A stretch of DNA of 46,536 nucleotides from NCBI GenBank assembly GCA_011109175.1, contig RDEW01000001.1, forward strand, positions 892,171-938,706, read 5' to 3'. The position numbers and the translations under genes were made by a program. A model generated the notes under the pieces. The model was not told the origin of the DNA. It made no database searches and saw nothing but the letters and a program-made list of their open reading frames with translations. This DNA is from Dicyema japonicum (lineage: Eukaryota > Animalia > Dicyemida). Below are positions 1 to 11,000 of this stretch, piece after piece (positions within the stretch are counted from its first letter, which is position 1; each line of letters begins with the position of its first letter).

Positions 1-227
1 AAAAGTGCCCAAAGCTCCATTGGGGATGGCGTTTAGCCAAGCTCCGCTCTCAGGGGAAGCCCCCGAAAGCAAACAAGCGCGTCGGTGCTGATTGGCAGAT
101 TCCAGTACGAGTCCAAATGATTTCCAGCATAATAAGTTGTCCAAGTTTCGCTGGCGATCTTGGGAAGGAGGCAGGGGGAGGTTGGTGGCATTCCAGGCTT
201 CTCGTGCGTGGATTACCTCTTGGTCAG
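1..227 (-). mobile_element. CRE-clade non-LTR retrotransposon fragment (region between RT and RLE), runs off window edge
   Basis: Minus-strand frame is open: ...QEVIHAREAWNATNLPLPPSQDRQRNLDNLLCWKSFGLVLESANQHRRACLLSGASPESGAWLNAIPNGALGTF. The GAWL..P...LG motif matches the copies at 22.9 kb and 45.2 kb. Confidence 0.75.
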
Positions 228-350
228 TTGAGAATTCGGATGGAAGACAAAAGATTGGAATGGCCATACTCAGAAAGAACTCGTTCGCAATCCACGCAGC
301 AGGCTTCCTCAACTGACATTTGTTTAATTGTTAAAAAAATTATTTTGTTT
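228..350 (+). mobile_element. CRE-clade retrotransposon 3' end (internally deleted)
   Basis: RQKIGMAILRKNSFAIHAAGFLN* followed by the tail AACTGACATTTGTTTAATTGTTAAAAAAATTATTT; near-identical to 9280-9370 and to the reverse complement of 44940-45050. Confidence 0.8.
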
Positions 351-789
351 ATTTTATTTTTTTTATTTAACCAATGACCACAGTAAAACAAAACTAATTA
401 TCAAGTGATCTCGATGCATTTTAACAAAGACCTCATCTTTGCCCGTCGTTCTTCCTTTGTGCCCGCGCATGAACGTACAGGACGTGTAATTATTAATATG
501 GAATCGATTACTAGAAAATGATTCTTTTTCTCTTCCTCAAAGGAGACTTGCCCAATTCAGACCAAACGAAATTGTAACCACAACATTGGTGAAGCAGATG
601 CTCTCTTATCAAATGTCTACTGAGTTCACGATAGACTATAAGTTGATGAGATGGAAACAGAAAACTAATAGGGTTGTTCAATAGTTCAACTGAAAACTTA
701 TTTTTATTATGCACTCCGGAAGTTATTAAGTTAATTTGCTTACCTTATGTCATGGAATAACAATTTCGTTAAATATCCTCTCCCAAATA

Positions 790-1085
790 GTCCTGTTGAT
801 TGTTTTTTCTCTTAAGTAGTCTAGGTCTTCTGCATTTCAGCTTCTTTCTTATATCTTCCAGTTCCTGTTTCAAAATTGATTTTAGTGTAGTTCTTGGCTT
901 TCCACGGACTGCTCCTCTGCATAGAGTATGTTTTTTTTGCAATATTTCCAGGAGAATCTATTTCCATTCCTAGGATATGGCCAAAGAGCTCCAACCTTGA
1001 TTTCAAATTATCTATCGATAGTACGCGAGATTTACTACTGTTAAATATGCCTGTGTTTGATAGTTTCATTGTGTATCGCAAGGAA
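790..1085 (-). mobile_element. RTE-like LINE C-terminal fragment
   Basis: ORF 821-1081(-) contains LKSRLELFGHILGMEIDSP, resembling the post-RT RLxWxGHxxRM motif; related to RWRLLEHILGLD at about 26250. Confidence 0.5.
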
Positions 1086-1444
1086 CATTTAACTGTGAAA
1101 TAAAAAATTTAATATTTTTTTTATTGTTTTAAATTTTATTAGCTTCAGTTTCGCAAAATTGTAAGAAAATGGGACGGTCAAAAAGCGCGCTGTTATGAGG
1201 GGACGCTCTTAGAGATTAATTACTTTTATGTCGTGACCTGGTGGTCTAGGGCAAACAAGAGAACCTGAACTACTCTTTTAGACTGAGACTGAAGGTAACC
1301 GCTTCGGAAAAAGTAGTTCTGAAGAGCTAATCTAAAGAGGTCTGCGCTCCAGTAATTGTTTATTTCAAGGGTTCGTATGCTATGCGTAGACACAATCCCA
1401 TGTAAATTTTCGCCTCTGGTTTCGTTTTAGCCAGAAGTCCAAGT

Positions 1445-2400
1445 TAAATTAATTATTTACTTTGACTTCACTATCATGTAGCCAGCCGGTGGCCAAAAGA
1501 AATGAGTTACGTCAATGGGTCCATCTCAGAGACCCAGTATGTCTGGTTTTTGTAGTCTCGGGTTGGAGATTACCGTCTCTAGATCTCATAGTCTTTTTAA
1601 GGAGGATGATGTCCACAGCGTAGTCATGAAAGAGTCAGTCTGAATTTTCTGGGTAGAGATGATTAAAAGTGGCTGATTAGGGATGGTGGTTAGTCGAATA
1701 GTTTGTAGTCCTTTAGCGTTCTTATAGTTTGTGTAGATACGAAGTTGAGTATTTTGTTTGTCCACTTCTGCCCGACGTTGGGTTTGAAGATCCTCGAAGA
1801 AATTTCTTCGAATATTTATACGGTTTCTAGACTTAAAGAGCGAAGCAGTCTGGTGATTAGAATCTGAAGACTTATACAGAAACTTTAAGCTTTGCATCTC
1901 CAAATGATCGGCAACAGGGAGAATCCTTGTTTTTATTGTAGATAGTCTGTGGGGGTGAATCTTTTGCGTCCTGTAATGGTTCCCAGAGCAGAGTTCTGGA
2001 TGACTTAGAGACTGTGACAGGAAGATGCTCAGCTAGGACGAACTGTTTACAGATAATCGTTAGGGTTTCTTTAGATTTACCGTATGTGACAGTTTCGACC
2101 GCACGGATGAAATTTAATTTCATCTTCAGTGACATTTAATCGCCGGCTGAAGAAGAGATTTTGGTCAAAAGTAACAGTAGGGCGTTTGATGACAAGGAGG
2201 GGACAATGGTGTAGTGACAGAGTTGGTGAGATTTTAAAGTGGCTCTTATCAGACTTGAATAATGTGAGAGATGACTACGTAGGGGAAGTGGACAACCAGT
2301 TGGAGTCCATCCATTCATTCATTAAATCCGTAGATGCTTCAAACTTAGAGTGGCTCACTGAATGAATGCGCCCTTAGCAGCGATGACAATGTCATGGTTA
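1445..2400 (-). mobile_element. Degenerate I/Jockey-group LINE, post-RT to 3' end
   Basis: Broken minus frames give EWMDSNWLSTSPT*SSLTLFKSDK, VTFDQNLFFSRR and KETLTIICKQFV, which parallel WLNYNRLDKSTEKSSSSLFTTDK, ITFDTHMSFS and KLLYKQFI in the 24-25 kb element. Confidence 0.6.
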
Positions 2401-2557
2401 TGTGTAAAAAAATTAAGTTTAAAGTAGTCAGAATGACATTCAGCTTAAAGTTGAAAGGCATTTTAAAGTTAAAAAATAATAAATTTTAATATTTCATTTA
2501 ATATTGTAAATTTAAATAAAATTTTTAAATTGTCGCAATTTGTGTGAATAAAATTGC

Positions 2558-3316
2558 ATGCTTGAAATTTTTCCCCCACAAGACAGCATCGAAGGAAACT
2601 TGAATTCCTGCCCACTATGCAACAAATTCTGCTCACATTTTGGCGCACTAAAAATGCACATGAGAATTAAACACGAGTCCTCGATGGTTTGCTAATTTAA
2701 ATATATAATATTAAAATAATTAGTAATATTATTGAAATAGGAACAAATTTGGCTCAAAAACACCAGCATCTCATTAAATTCTAAATTTTTATATTGCTGC
2801 AGCACGTGCGCGAAAAAATATCCAACTTTTCAAGCTCTCAAAAAGGTTTTTTTCTGCCTAAATTAAAAGCATTGTTTGCGTTCCCATGACAACCGTGGGA
2901 CCTTATGTCCAAAATGCAAGCTCAAGATGACTCCACCAGATAGTCATCAGTGTCCTATCTATGTTTGTGAGGACTGCAGTAAAGTCTTCAATCTCCGCCA
3001 ATCTCTGTCTATCCATCGTAAGAGGAAACTCCATAAAAGGAAGATTTTTCCTAGACCTCATTTGGCTGGCAATTTTGATGGTTTCTATTCCGGTGATGTT
3101 GACCACTTGAAAGGATTTAATAATGTGGGGGTTCAGACCTTTCAGCCATATAATATCACGCGTGGTGTCTGTACACAGAATTATCCCACCTATGGACAGG
3201 GCTTTAATTCATTAGGAGACTTTGAATACCCATTTTTGATGGACCCATTGAATGGGAGACATTATGAAACTGCTGAGACTCAAACTATGTTGGATTATGA
3301 CTTGGATTATTTATAA
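2558..3316 (+). CDS. C2H2 zinc-finger protein, about 226 aa; exons 2558-2686, 2741-2845, 2870-3316
   Basis: Removing GT-AG introns of 54 nt and 24 nt joins CPLCNKFCSHFGALKMHMRIKH, CSTCAKKYPTFQALKK|HCLRSH (finger completed across the intron), CPKC..SHQC and CEDCSKVFNLRQSLSIHRKRKLH in one frame ending at TAA. Confidence 0.8.
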
Positions 3317-5049
3317 TAGGTTATATTTGTTTCTATTACTGAGGACTTGCTTGTTTAATAAGGCTGATTTGGCTGGTGAAGATTTTCGTTAGTAAACCAA
3401 AAGTTTTTTATTTATGCGGGTCGCCAATCTAATTAAGACAAAATGGTCGAAATTATGTACTTGCCGATTAAAATACGAAAATTATTACCCAATTGTCCCA
3501 TTTGTTTGGAGATATCAAGAATCCTAGCCCACATGCCAATGATTTATTCCGTCGGACCGCTTAGAACGTTACCATTAAACTAAATGTCTGTTCAGAGTTT
3601 GCATACATGAGATTTCATTATTAAAAAGAATTGGTTGACAGATTCATTCAGATGAAGAATGTCGTTGCTCACTTTCCCATTAATTTGGAAATTGTCAAGA
3701 GTTGCTGCACTGAAACAAATAACTTTGTACAAGGATAGCATTATTAATTTGATTTTTTTGTTGAAGCATGTCGTTCTATCATTTGGAAGTTTATTCACTT
3801 TTAAAACGAGTAAAAAACAAAGTTATAATTGAACAGTTTTTTGCTGTTAACTTTCAGACTCTTTGTGTAATTATTCTAGACTGTTAGGGATGAATTTTCT
3901 TTTTCTCATTTTCCTCGTTCAGATTCACGAGCAAACATATCAGTACCCTCAACAGCATTGATTCTGGGTAATCGGAACTATTTGGAGGATTTTATCAACT
4001 TAATCTTTGCACCATGTGAAGCTTATGAGTCTTACATTAATCGGGTTGATCTCTATTGATATTAATTACTTCATTCAACGACTGGAATCCTGACTCCTTC
4101 TCTTATCCTGGTGCATCTACGATTTCTTTGCTACATCGAATATAATTGAATTATCTCTGTGTCTCTTTTAATGCTACTTTTCTGTCAGCCACCAGCTTCT
4201 TTCACTTGAAGGGACTGGCTTTAAATAGTAATTCAGTCCATGTACTCCAGGGATGTAAAATTATGACAAGGTAGAAAAATGTATTCAATTTATGTCATTT
4301 TTTCTGACTACGATGGATTCCTGCCCTCAACCGCTTTCAAAAAACCGACGCCGCTTATCTGAGATACCACAAAACACTCAGATACAAAGAATGGAAAGAG
4401 ACTGCATAGACCGCACTGAAGGCTACTAATTCTTTCAGAATAAGTACCGTTACGGTTATAATGCTATGAATTAACGCGACTGAAGTTGACTGAGGAGTAA
4501 AGAAAACAAAGTCTTTCACCAATCGACATGATTTTTGACACATGATCGACCACATTTTCAAAAATCGATATTCAAGACAAAACCAAACGTCTTCCACTTA
4601 GAGTTCCTAAAGCAGTTTTCATAGCATTTAAAATTAAGGGATTTTTTAATATAAGGATTTCTTAATTGCATCAGTAAAGTAAAGAGTTATAAGAAACAGA
4701 AAATCAATTTGCGCTATTAGGCACATGAAAAGAAAATCGGCAGAACTTAGTATTTCTCCGTGCCTTTACAGTTTTTCCCCGGGATACAGCGGGTCTACTG
4801 CGTTCTCTAAAATGTTGGAAGAACAAAAGTGTCGATCCACGTGGCAACGCAAATTTAAATAATAGTAACCTTAATAAGACAATAATCACCAGTTAAACAC
4901 TAATTAAAAGGAAAAGGCCATTAGGTGATCCCGTCTTCAATCATCGATATTTTCATCATTTCCCGTTTGTTCTCGGTAATCGAAGCATTTTTGATAACAT
5001 CGTTCTTCTGGTGGTTTTCCATTTTGCAGTAAATATGCCACCCTATTTC

Positions 5050-5830
5050 CTCACAAGGACCTCAAATGAGGTTACTAGTAGTCATGTGATTTGATAGATT
5101 TCTTTGGTCATACTGGAGTGAGATTAGTTAATTTATCCATATTTGTTCTAGCAAGTTTTGTTCCCCTTGCTGCACATCCATAACTTATAGTTGGCTCGAT
5201 GTATTGGGTACACAACGTGAATAGTGACCGGTTTAAGGATCCTTTAAATTTTGAGACGAGCAACTTCACGAAGTTAAGCTTTTGTGCCATTGCACTGATT
5301 ATGTTTGAGACATGTGTGCTGAGGTTATGATGGTGTTGAATGTTACTCCAAGAATCTTAGCTTGTTTCTGTGTGGGAATAGTTCACCATTCAAAAATTGT
5401 TAAGCGAATAACTTGATAGTCTTCTATTTTGCGTAAAAAGAAAAGTCGAGCACTTTTTTGTGGAGACGGACATTGAATATGTGTTCAACAATTCATGATG
5501 TTCGTCCACACTAGTTTGTAATGTATTTGTAGCTGACGTAATACATATATCCTTACAAGCATAAATGATGTCATCAGCATAAGTAAGGGTAATTAAATTT
5601 CCTTTGATTCAATTGGAATATCGTGTTAAATCAGTTAAAAAACGACAGTGACAGGGAGAACCCTGTAGTACGCCGCTGGAAAAAATTTTGAACCGATTGG
5701 GGGGATTTTGTTACGACCTTACTTCTTCGACCAATGAGTAAGTTTCAGGACCATCTTTTGAAAATGCTTGGGATTTCTCAGGATAGATCTTCCTCTACAT
5801 TTTTCTGGAGACCGATTCCATAGCCCTATT
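5050..5830 (-). mobile_element. Degenerate LINE reverse transcriptase fragment
   Basis: Minus strand gives SSGVLQGSP, TLTYADDII and LCTQYIEPTISYGCAARG (RT motifs and thumb region) with frameshifts. Confidence 0.75.
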
Positions 5831-5959
5831 AATTTTTATATTATTTTATTTTATTGAACCAAAAAAGTAAATAAAATTATAAATTTAAAATTCATTACAA
5901 ATAAATTAATTTAATTTTATAAATATTAAAATAAAAAATTGTGTAATAAATATATAATC

Positions 5960-6280
5960 ATGGATGCAGCGTGCCACCATGTGATGCTGCGTGGATAATT
6001 GGTTCAAGTTTTCTGTTTGTCTGTCTATTCCTCCTCTCTCTTCCTATTAGAGTGGCGTTATGTGATCCACCAGTATAGGTGGCACCCAGTTCCTGGCTGG
6101 CACGAAAAAGGATCATTTTTTCTCCCCCACTCAACTGGAGGGTTTTTCACAACTCCAAATATGGACGTCTTCTACCGCTATTGTTGATTCCGGATTGACT
6201 TTTTATGTGGAAGTGGAAACTGGATGTTACTTTAATTTCTTTCTCGGTGTTTCCGTGGTTAATAAATTTTAATTTTAAAC
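5960..6280 (+). mobile_element. Dispersed ~250-bp unit, probable LINE 3' end (copy 1 of at least 5)
   Basis: GGTGGCACCCAGT...GAAAAAGGATCATTT...GGAGGG...ATGGACGTCTT...GGAAACTGGAT...CTCGGTGT..CCG.GGTTAATAAATT recurs at 25750-25990(+), 32560-32730(-), 34560-34800(+, diverged) and 39510-39800(-). Confidence 0.65.
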
Positions 6281-6478
6281 GGAAATAACATTCAAAAAGA
6301 CTTATCAAATTCAAATACAAGACAGGACTATTCGGTAATTAACATATATATTTAAATTGTTTAGTCGCACATGAACGTTGTAATTCAGTTATGGAAATAA
6401 CGAAAAGAATCTTTGTTGAATTACTGGATCGCCTAAGGATTCCTAGTAATCCTTTTACTTATAGACGAAAATTTCTTG

Positions 6479-6965
6479 TATGAATAAATTTTACAATAAA
6501 GTGATTATTATCCAATAAAAAGTATTTAGTGGTAGAACGTTCATTATCTGAGTATTTTCTTAAAAATAAACTTAATGCTGTACTACCCATCGAATAATTT
6601 TAGGAAACCTTCGTTCTGGAAGAGGGCAACTGAAATATATTGAAAATTCACCGAAAAGACATTTATCAACGTTACGAGATGGGTTGTATGGAGACCATAA
6701 AGATATTGTACCCCACTTTACGACACGTGTAATNTGTATTAATAAATTTTACAATAAAGTGATTATTATCCAAAAAAAGTATTCAGTGGTAGAACGTTTA
6801 TTATCTGAGTATTTTCATAAAAATAAACTTAATGCTGTACTACCCATCGAATAATTTTAGGAAGCCTTCGTTCTGGGAGAGGGCAACTGAAATATACTGA
6901 AAATTAACCGAAAAGACATTTATCAACGTTACGAGATGGGTTGTATGGAGACCATAAAGATATTG
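6479..6965. repeat. ~230-bp direct duplication flanking a single N (probable uncollapsed haplotypes)
   Basis: 6479-6707 vs 6736-6965 show about 9 differences; N at 6734. Confidence 0.85.
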
Positions 6966-8377
6966 GGTCGAGCATAGCAAAAAAATCTAAAAAACCTACT
7001 TCTAAGAAACAGCTCTCTTTAGAACTGTCCGCATCTGTGAGGCATCAACACACTTCAAGAGAATTTCATTAAATTAGATACACGATTCATTTTACAAGCG
7101 AATCTGTAAACAACATGAGCTCATATGAGTTCGTGGGATCCCAGAAATCAAACTACGTTAAATAAAATTCTTCCGCCATCCTCTTTATCTCCATAGTTTA
7201 TTTGGATAGTTTGCTTTCAATTTGATTAAAATTTTATTTCCATCAAAACTCATAGTTAATTTTTTTTCAATAAAATTTTTACGGTAGATTGTCAATTTTA
7301 ATAAATTTTTCTCGAAGAAATAAGATCAGCGCCTTTAAATAATAATAAAGCCTTTTTACGAGAGCCATAATATTTATAGCTCCGCATAGGCAGGACACAC
7401 ACTTTATTTAAGTAAAGAACAGTTTATTTTAACTAATCGTAGAACCAAGGAATGATCTTCACGTCTTTTTTTCTTTTTCTTGTGTGTGGGTCCTTTCNTG
7501 TCAGTGAGAATCAGTAAGAATTTACAAAAAATGTCCAATCGGCATAAAAAGGTTCTAGAAAAATTCATCACTGATATATTCAAAGGAGCACGCAAGAAGA
7601 GGTTGAATTTTTGTTCTCTTAATATTATTATAAAAATGTGATTGGGGATTAATTTGGCAATATGAACCACGTGGGCGGCTTAGATGAATTTACCGGTTAC
7701 CCCTAAAAATTGCACTTAGATGGTGCTTCTTTGATATTTGATTGAAAATCTATTTGTCAGCTTACAATTCTTGATTTCATTAGCAAAGACCATGCAAGTT
7801 ATTAACTAAATCTTCCCTTGAATGTGGGGCGAGCATAGCGAAAAAATCTAAAAAACCTACTTCTAGGAAACAGCTTTTTTTAAGAACTGTCCGCATCTGT
7901 GAGGCATCAACTCACTTCAAGAGAGTTTCAGTAAATTAGATACACGATTCATTCCACAAGCGAATGTGTAAACAAGATGAGCTCATATGAGTTTTTGGGA
8001 TCCCAGAAATCAAACTACGTTAATAAAATTCTTCCGCCATCCTCTTTATGTCATCCTCTTTATCTCCATAGTTTATTTGGATAGATTGCTTTCAATTTGA
8101 TTAAAATTTTATTTCCATCAAAACTCATAGTTAATTTTTTTTCAATAAAATTTTTACGGTAGATTGTCAATTTTAATAAATTTTTCTCGAAGAAATAACA
8201 AGATCAGCGCCTTTAAATAATAATAACAGCCTTTTTACGAGAGCCATAATATTTATAGCTTCGCATAGGCAGGACACACACTTTATTTAAAGTAAAGAAC
8301 AGTTTATTTTAACTAATCGTAGAACCAAGGAATGATCTTCACTTCTTGTTTTCTTTTTCTTGTGTGTGGGTCCTTTC
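6966..8377. repeat. ~530-bp direct duplication around N at 7498 (probable uncollapsed haplotypes)
   Basis: 6966-7497 is repeated at about 7826-8377 with scattered substitutions and short indels. Confidence 0.85.
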
Positions 8378-8445
8378 TATACAATCCAGTTCCGCAGTGA
8401 GTATTCACTGATGACGGCGTCACTCGTCAAACCAACGCCTTTAAA
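8300..8445 (-). repeat. Dispersed hairpin-rich element with A-rich tail
   Basis: Reverse complement reads TGACGAGTGACGCCGTCATCAGTGAATACTCACTGCGGAACTGGATTGTAT...CAAGAAAAAGAAAACAAG; homologous to 14535-14680(+), 46190-46280(-) and 46410-46500(-). Confidence 0.7.
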
Positions 8446-9009
8446 ATATCCTTTAATTTTTAGATAACAGTTGTTAAGATTTAGAACTCAAATTATATAA
8501 ATTCTTATGTAAAACTTTCAACACTTGTTTACTAACATGATTCACATATATCTATGTTAAAAAATGGATGTAAAAACTCAAAAATATATTCTGTCAAGTT
8601 TTTTTTGGAATAAATTTTCTTTATTTTTTGGGAAGCGTAGGAAGATGTAAGATGATATCCAATATCTAAAAACAAGTTTTGTAAACTTTTCTGTTTAGTT
8701 TAATGCAAGATCATGTACGAATAAGCATTAGTGACTTTATTCTTTTTTTTCCTATAGTCGGTAGATGGATTGAGAAAATCAGATTTTTTTACAGTGGAAA
8801 CTGTGAAATAGTAATAAAAATGATAAACCTGTTAGTTTGAAATATTTCTTAAACTAAAAATTCAATAAAAACTGTTGAGAGAAAATTCTCTGGATATTTT
8901 CTAATAACGGTCTTGACTTTTTCAATGACCCTGATTAAATGTGGAATGACAGTTAATGACATAGTATTTTTATTATAAACTCGAAGAAATTGAAAAATAA
9001 AATAAACTT

Positions 9010-9370
9010 TTTTACTTTAATGTGGGACGCAACTTGTGTAGACACATTCTCAAGCACGAATATTTTCAAATTAGTTCAGACACCTGGAGCAGCTGCTTCG
9101 ACTGCGGAAAATTTAAAATCAAGAAATATTCTTGTTTCGGGGATCACTACCGATTTACTCCTGTTGCGACGGAGTCATCGAGAGCCGTTGGTCCAATGAC
9201 GGCTGAGTTCTTGCGAGAATTCGGAGGATTGCTTGCCAGAAAGAAAATGGATCAACGAGAATGGTTATGGCTAAGACAAAAAATTGGAATGGCCATACTC
9301 AGAGAGAACTTGTTCGTAATCCACGCAGCAGGCTTCCTCAACTGACATTTGTTTAATTGTTAAAAAAATT
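9010..9370 (+). mobile_element. CRE-clade retrotransposon 3' end (RLE domain C-terminal half)
   Basis: WDATCVDTFS...GAAASTAENLKSR / KYSCFGDHYRFTPVATESSRAVGPMTAEFLREFGG...DQREWLWLRQKIGMAILRENLFVIHAAGFLN*, then the AT tail. Confidence 0.85.
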
Positions 9371-9449
9371 ATTTTGTTTATTTTATTTAACGCAAGACCA
9401 CGGTAAAACAAAACTAATTATCACGTGATACCGATGCATTTTAACAATG

Positions 9450-10005
9450 AGGAAGTTAATAATCCAAAGCTTTAGCTTCCCTGGGATCTCCGATTGAAAT
9501 ATTTTTCTCGATAGAATCTTCCTCGAGACAGAGTCAAAAGCTTTATGTATGTTGATCGAGCAGAGCACTGTTTTAGAGTGTCTCGGCTTGGTTGTGAATC
9601 CGTATCACATTCTGATTAATTGAATAGTTGAAAATCGACGTTAGGAAAGTGACTCCCCCGTCTCCAAGATTTTTTATAAGATAACCAGAATGTTGTTTGG
9701 TCCATGGGAGTCTGTCGTTTTTACGGAATGTATTGTATCCCTCACCTCTCTCTCAGAAAAGATGAGTGGTTCAGATATTCTTTTTAGTTTCCAGCGTCAT
9801 GGTATTGTATCAGATTTCATGTTCTCATTTTGTGAAATTTTAGTATAGAATTTTATTAAATTGTTCACATCACTTTGAACATAATCCTCCTCTGTTAAAA
9901 CTTCATCGCTATTTGCTAGATTTTGAATAGTTTTCCACACCTCTCCTGTAGTTTGACTTCTATTCACTATTATAAGCAAACAATTCCACTTATAATTTTT
10001 CATTG
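9450..10005 (-). mobile_element. I/Jockey-group LINE, RT N-terminal fragment
   Basis: GEVWKTIQNL, NLGDGGVTFLTSIFNYSINQ and CSINIHKAFDSVSRKILSRKIF...KLKLWIINF are homologous to the 24.2-24.8 kb RT. Confidence 0.8.
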
Positions 10006-10015
10006 GATAATATTA

Positions 10016-10056
10016 AACAACTGACATTTGTTTAATTGTTAAAAAAAATTATTTAA
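10016..10056 (+). mobile_element. Isolated CRE 3' tail
   Basis: AACTGACATTTGTTTAATTGTTAAAAAAAATTATTT, essentially the tail seen at 311-345 and 9341-9375. Confidence 0.7.
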
Positions 10057-10379
10057 ATTAAAAAAAATAATATTAAATATATATAAATTTTAATAATTAT
10101 TTATAAAATAATTAATTTTTTAACGTCAACAAATTTATCTAGTGCGATTAACTCAAGAAAAATTAAGGAGCATTAGTCCACTTGACAAATTTCATCTAAA
10201 AAAACTCTCTAAAAAGTTATTTTTTATGAGGAAGAGGCCTATATTTTACACGATATTAAAAAAACTACGGTTTTTTGTGAAGAACATGGATTAAAATAAT
10301 ACTGGTATATCTTGAAGATACAATTTATTAGTCAAAACATAATTATATAACTTCTGTAGAGATCGACTATTTTCAAAAT

Positions 10380-11000
10380 TGAGGCAGGGTTTTTACGGGA
10401 TTGATAGGGATCTGATTGGGACTGTTATCTCAAATTGTATTTTTGTCACGTATTTTTTGCTTTTTAATTCCACAGACAAAAAAAATTACTGTACAAAAAA
10501 CCGACTGTAACACTGACAGAAGGCAAGGATCGTTATATTGATGACTCAATAAACCCAGGAGATACTCAGAAATGAATGATAGGTATGATTCCTGATGTTA
10601 AAGCCTAGATTTTTGTTTTCGTAGACTTTCAAACTATGTTATGGTTGAGCTAGCTAAAAATAATCGAGCAGAAGAAATTGTAACGCTCTCCCATAATATA
10701 TTTCTTTATTACATGTAGACAACGGTAAGGAATTTTGCAAATCCTTAATGGAGGAATTATGCAGAAAATAATCCACAAACACGTAGCTTCGAAAACCTGT
10801 AGAATCAGCCGAGATGATGATTACTCACCGAAATTGGAGTTTTGACGAATCGTCGACTCATAAAGTGATTTTGCGTACAAATACTAATTTTTATACGGGA
10901 AAGTGATTCAAATATCCCCCGCATCCAATATACGATGGAGTGATTATGAGAAACACTTTGTGTGGAAAGAGATGACATTACGTCTTCAAACTAAAAATGG
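10380..11000 (+). mobile_element. Degenerate Ginger2/TDD-like (rve integrase) DNA transposon
   Basis: Broken frames give LRQGFYGIDRDLIGTVISNC (zinc-binding region), KPTVTLTEGKDRYIDD, RLSNYVMVELAKNNRAEEIV and LHVDNGKEFCKSLMEELC (second catalytic Asp motif). Confidence 0.65.

Noticed and set aside
1170-1290. RNase P RNA suggested by AGAACCTGAACTACTC
   Set aside because: Too short and lacks the CR-I/P4 5' strand.
3560-4890. Minus-strand gene from ORFs 3592-3798, 4355-4597 and 4704-4889
   Set aside because: I could not join them by plausible micro-introns into one frame or recognise a domain; left unannotated.
8395-8440. Hammerhead ribozyme suggested by CTGATGA between two hairpins
   Set aside because: It has CAAA rather than GAAA, no NUH cleavage triplet, and CTGATGA is absent from the other copies.
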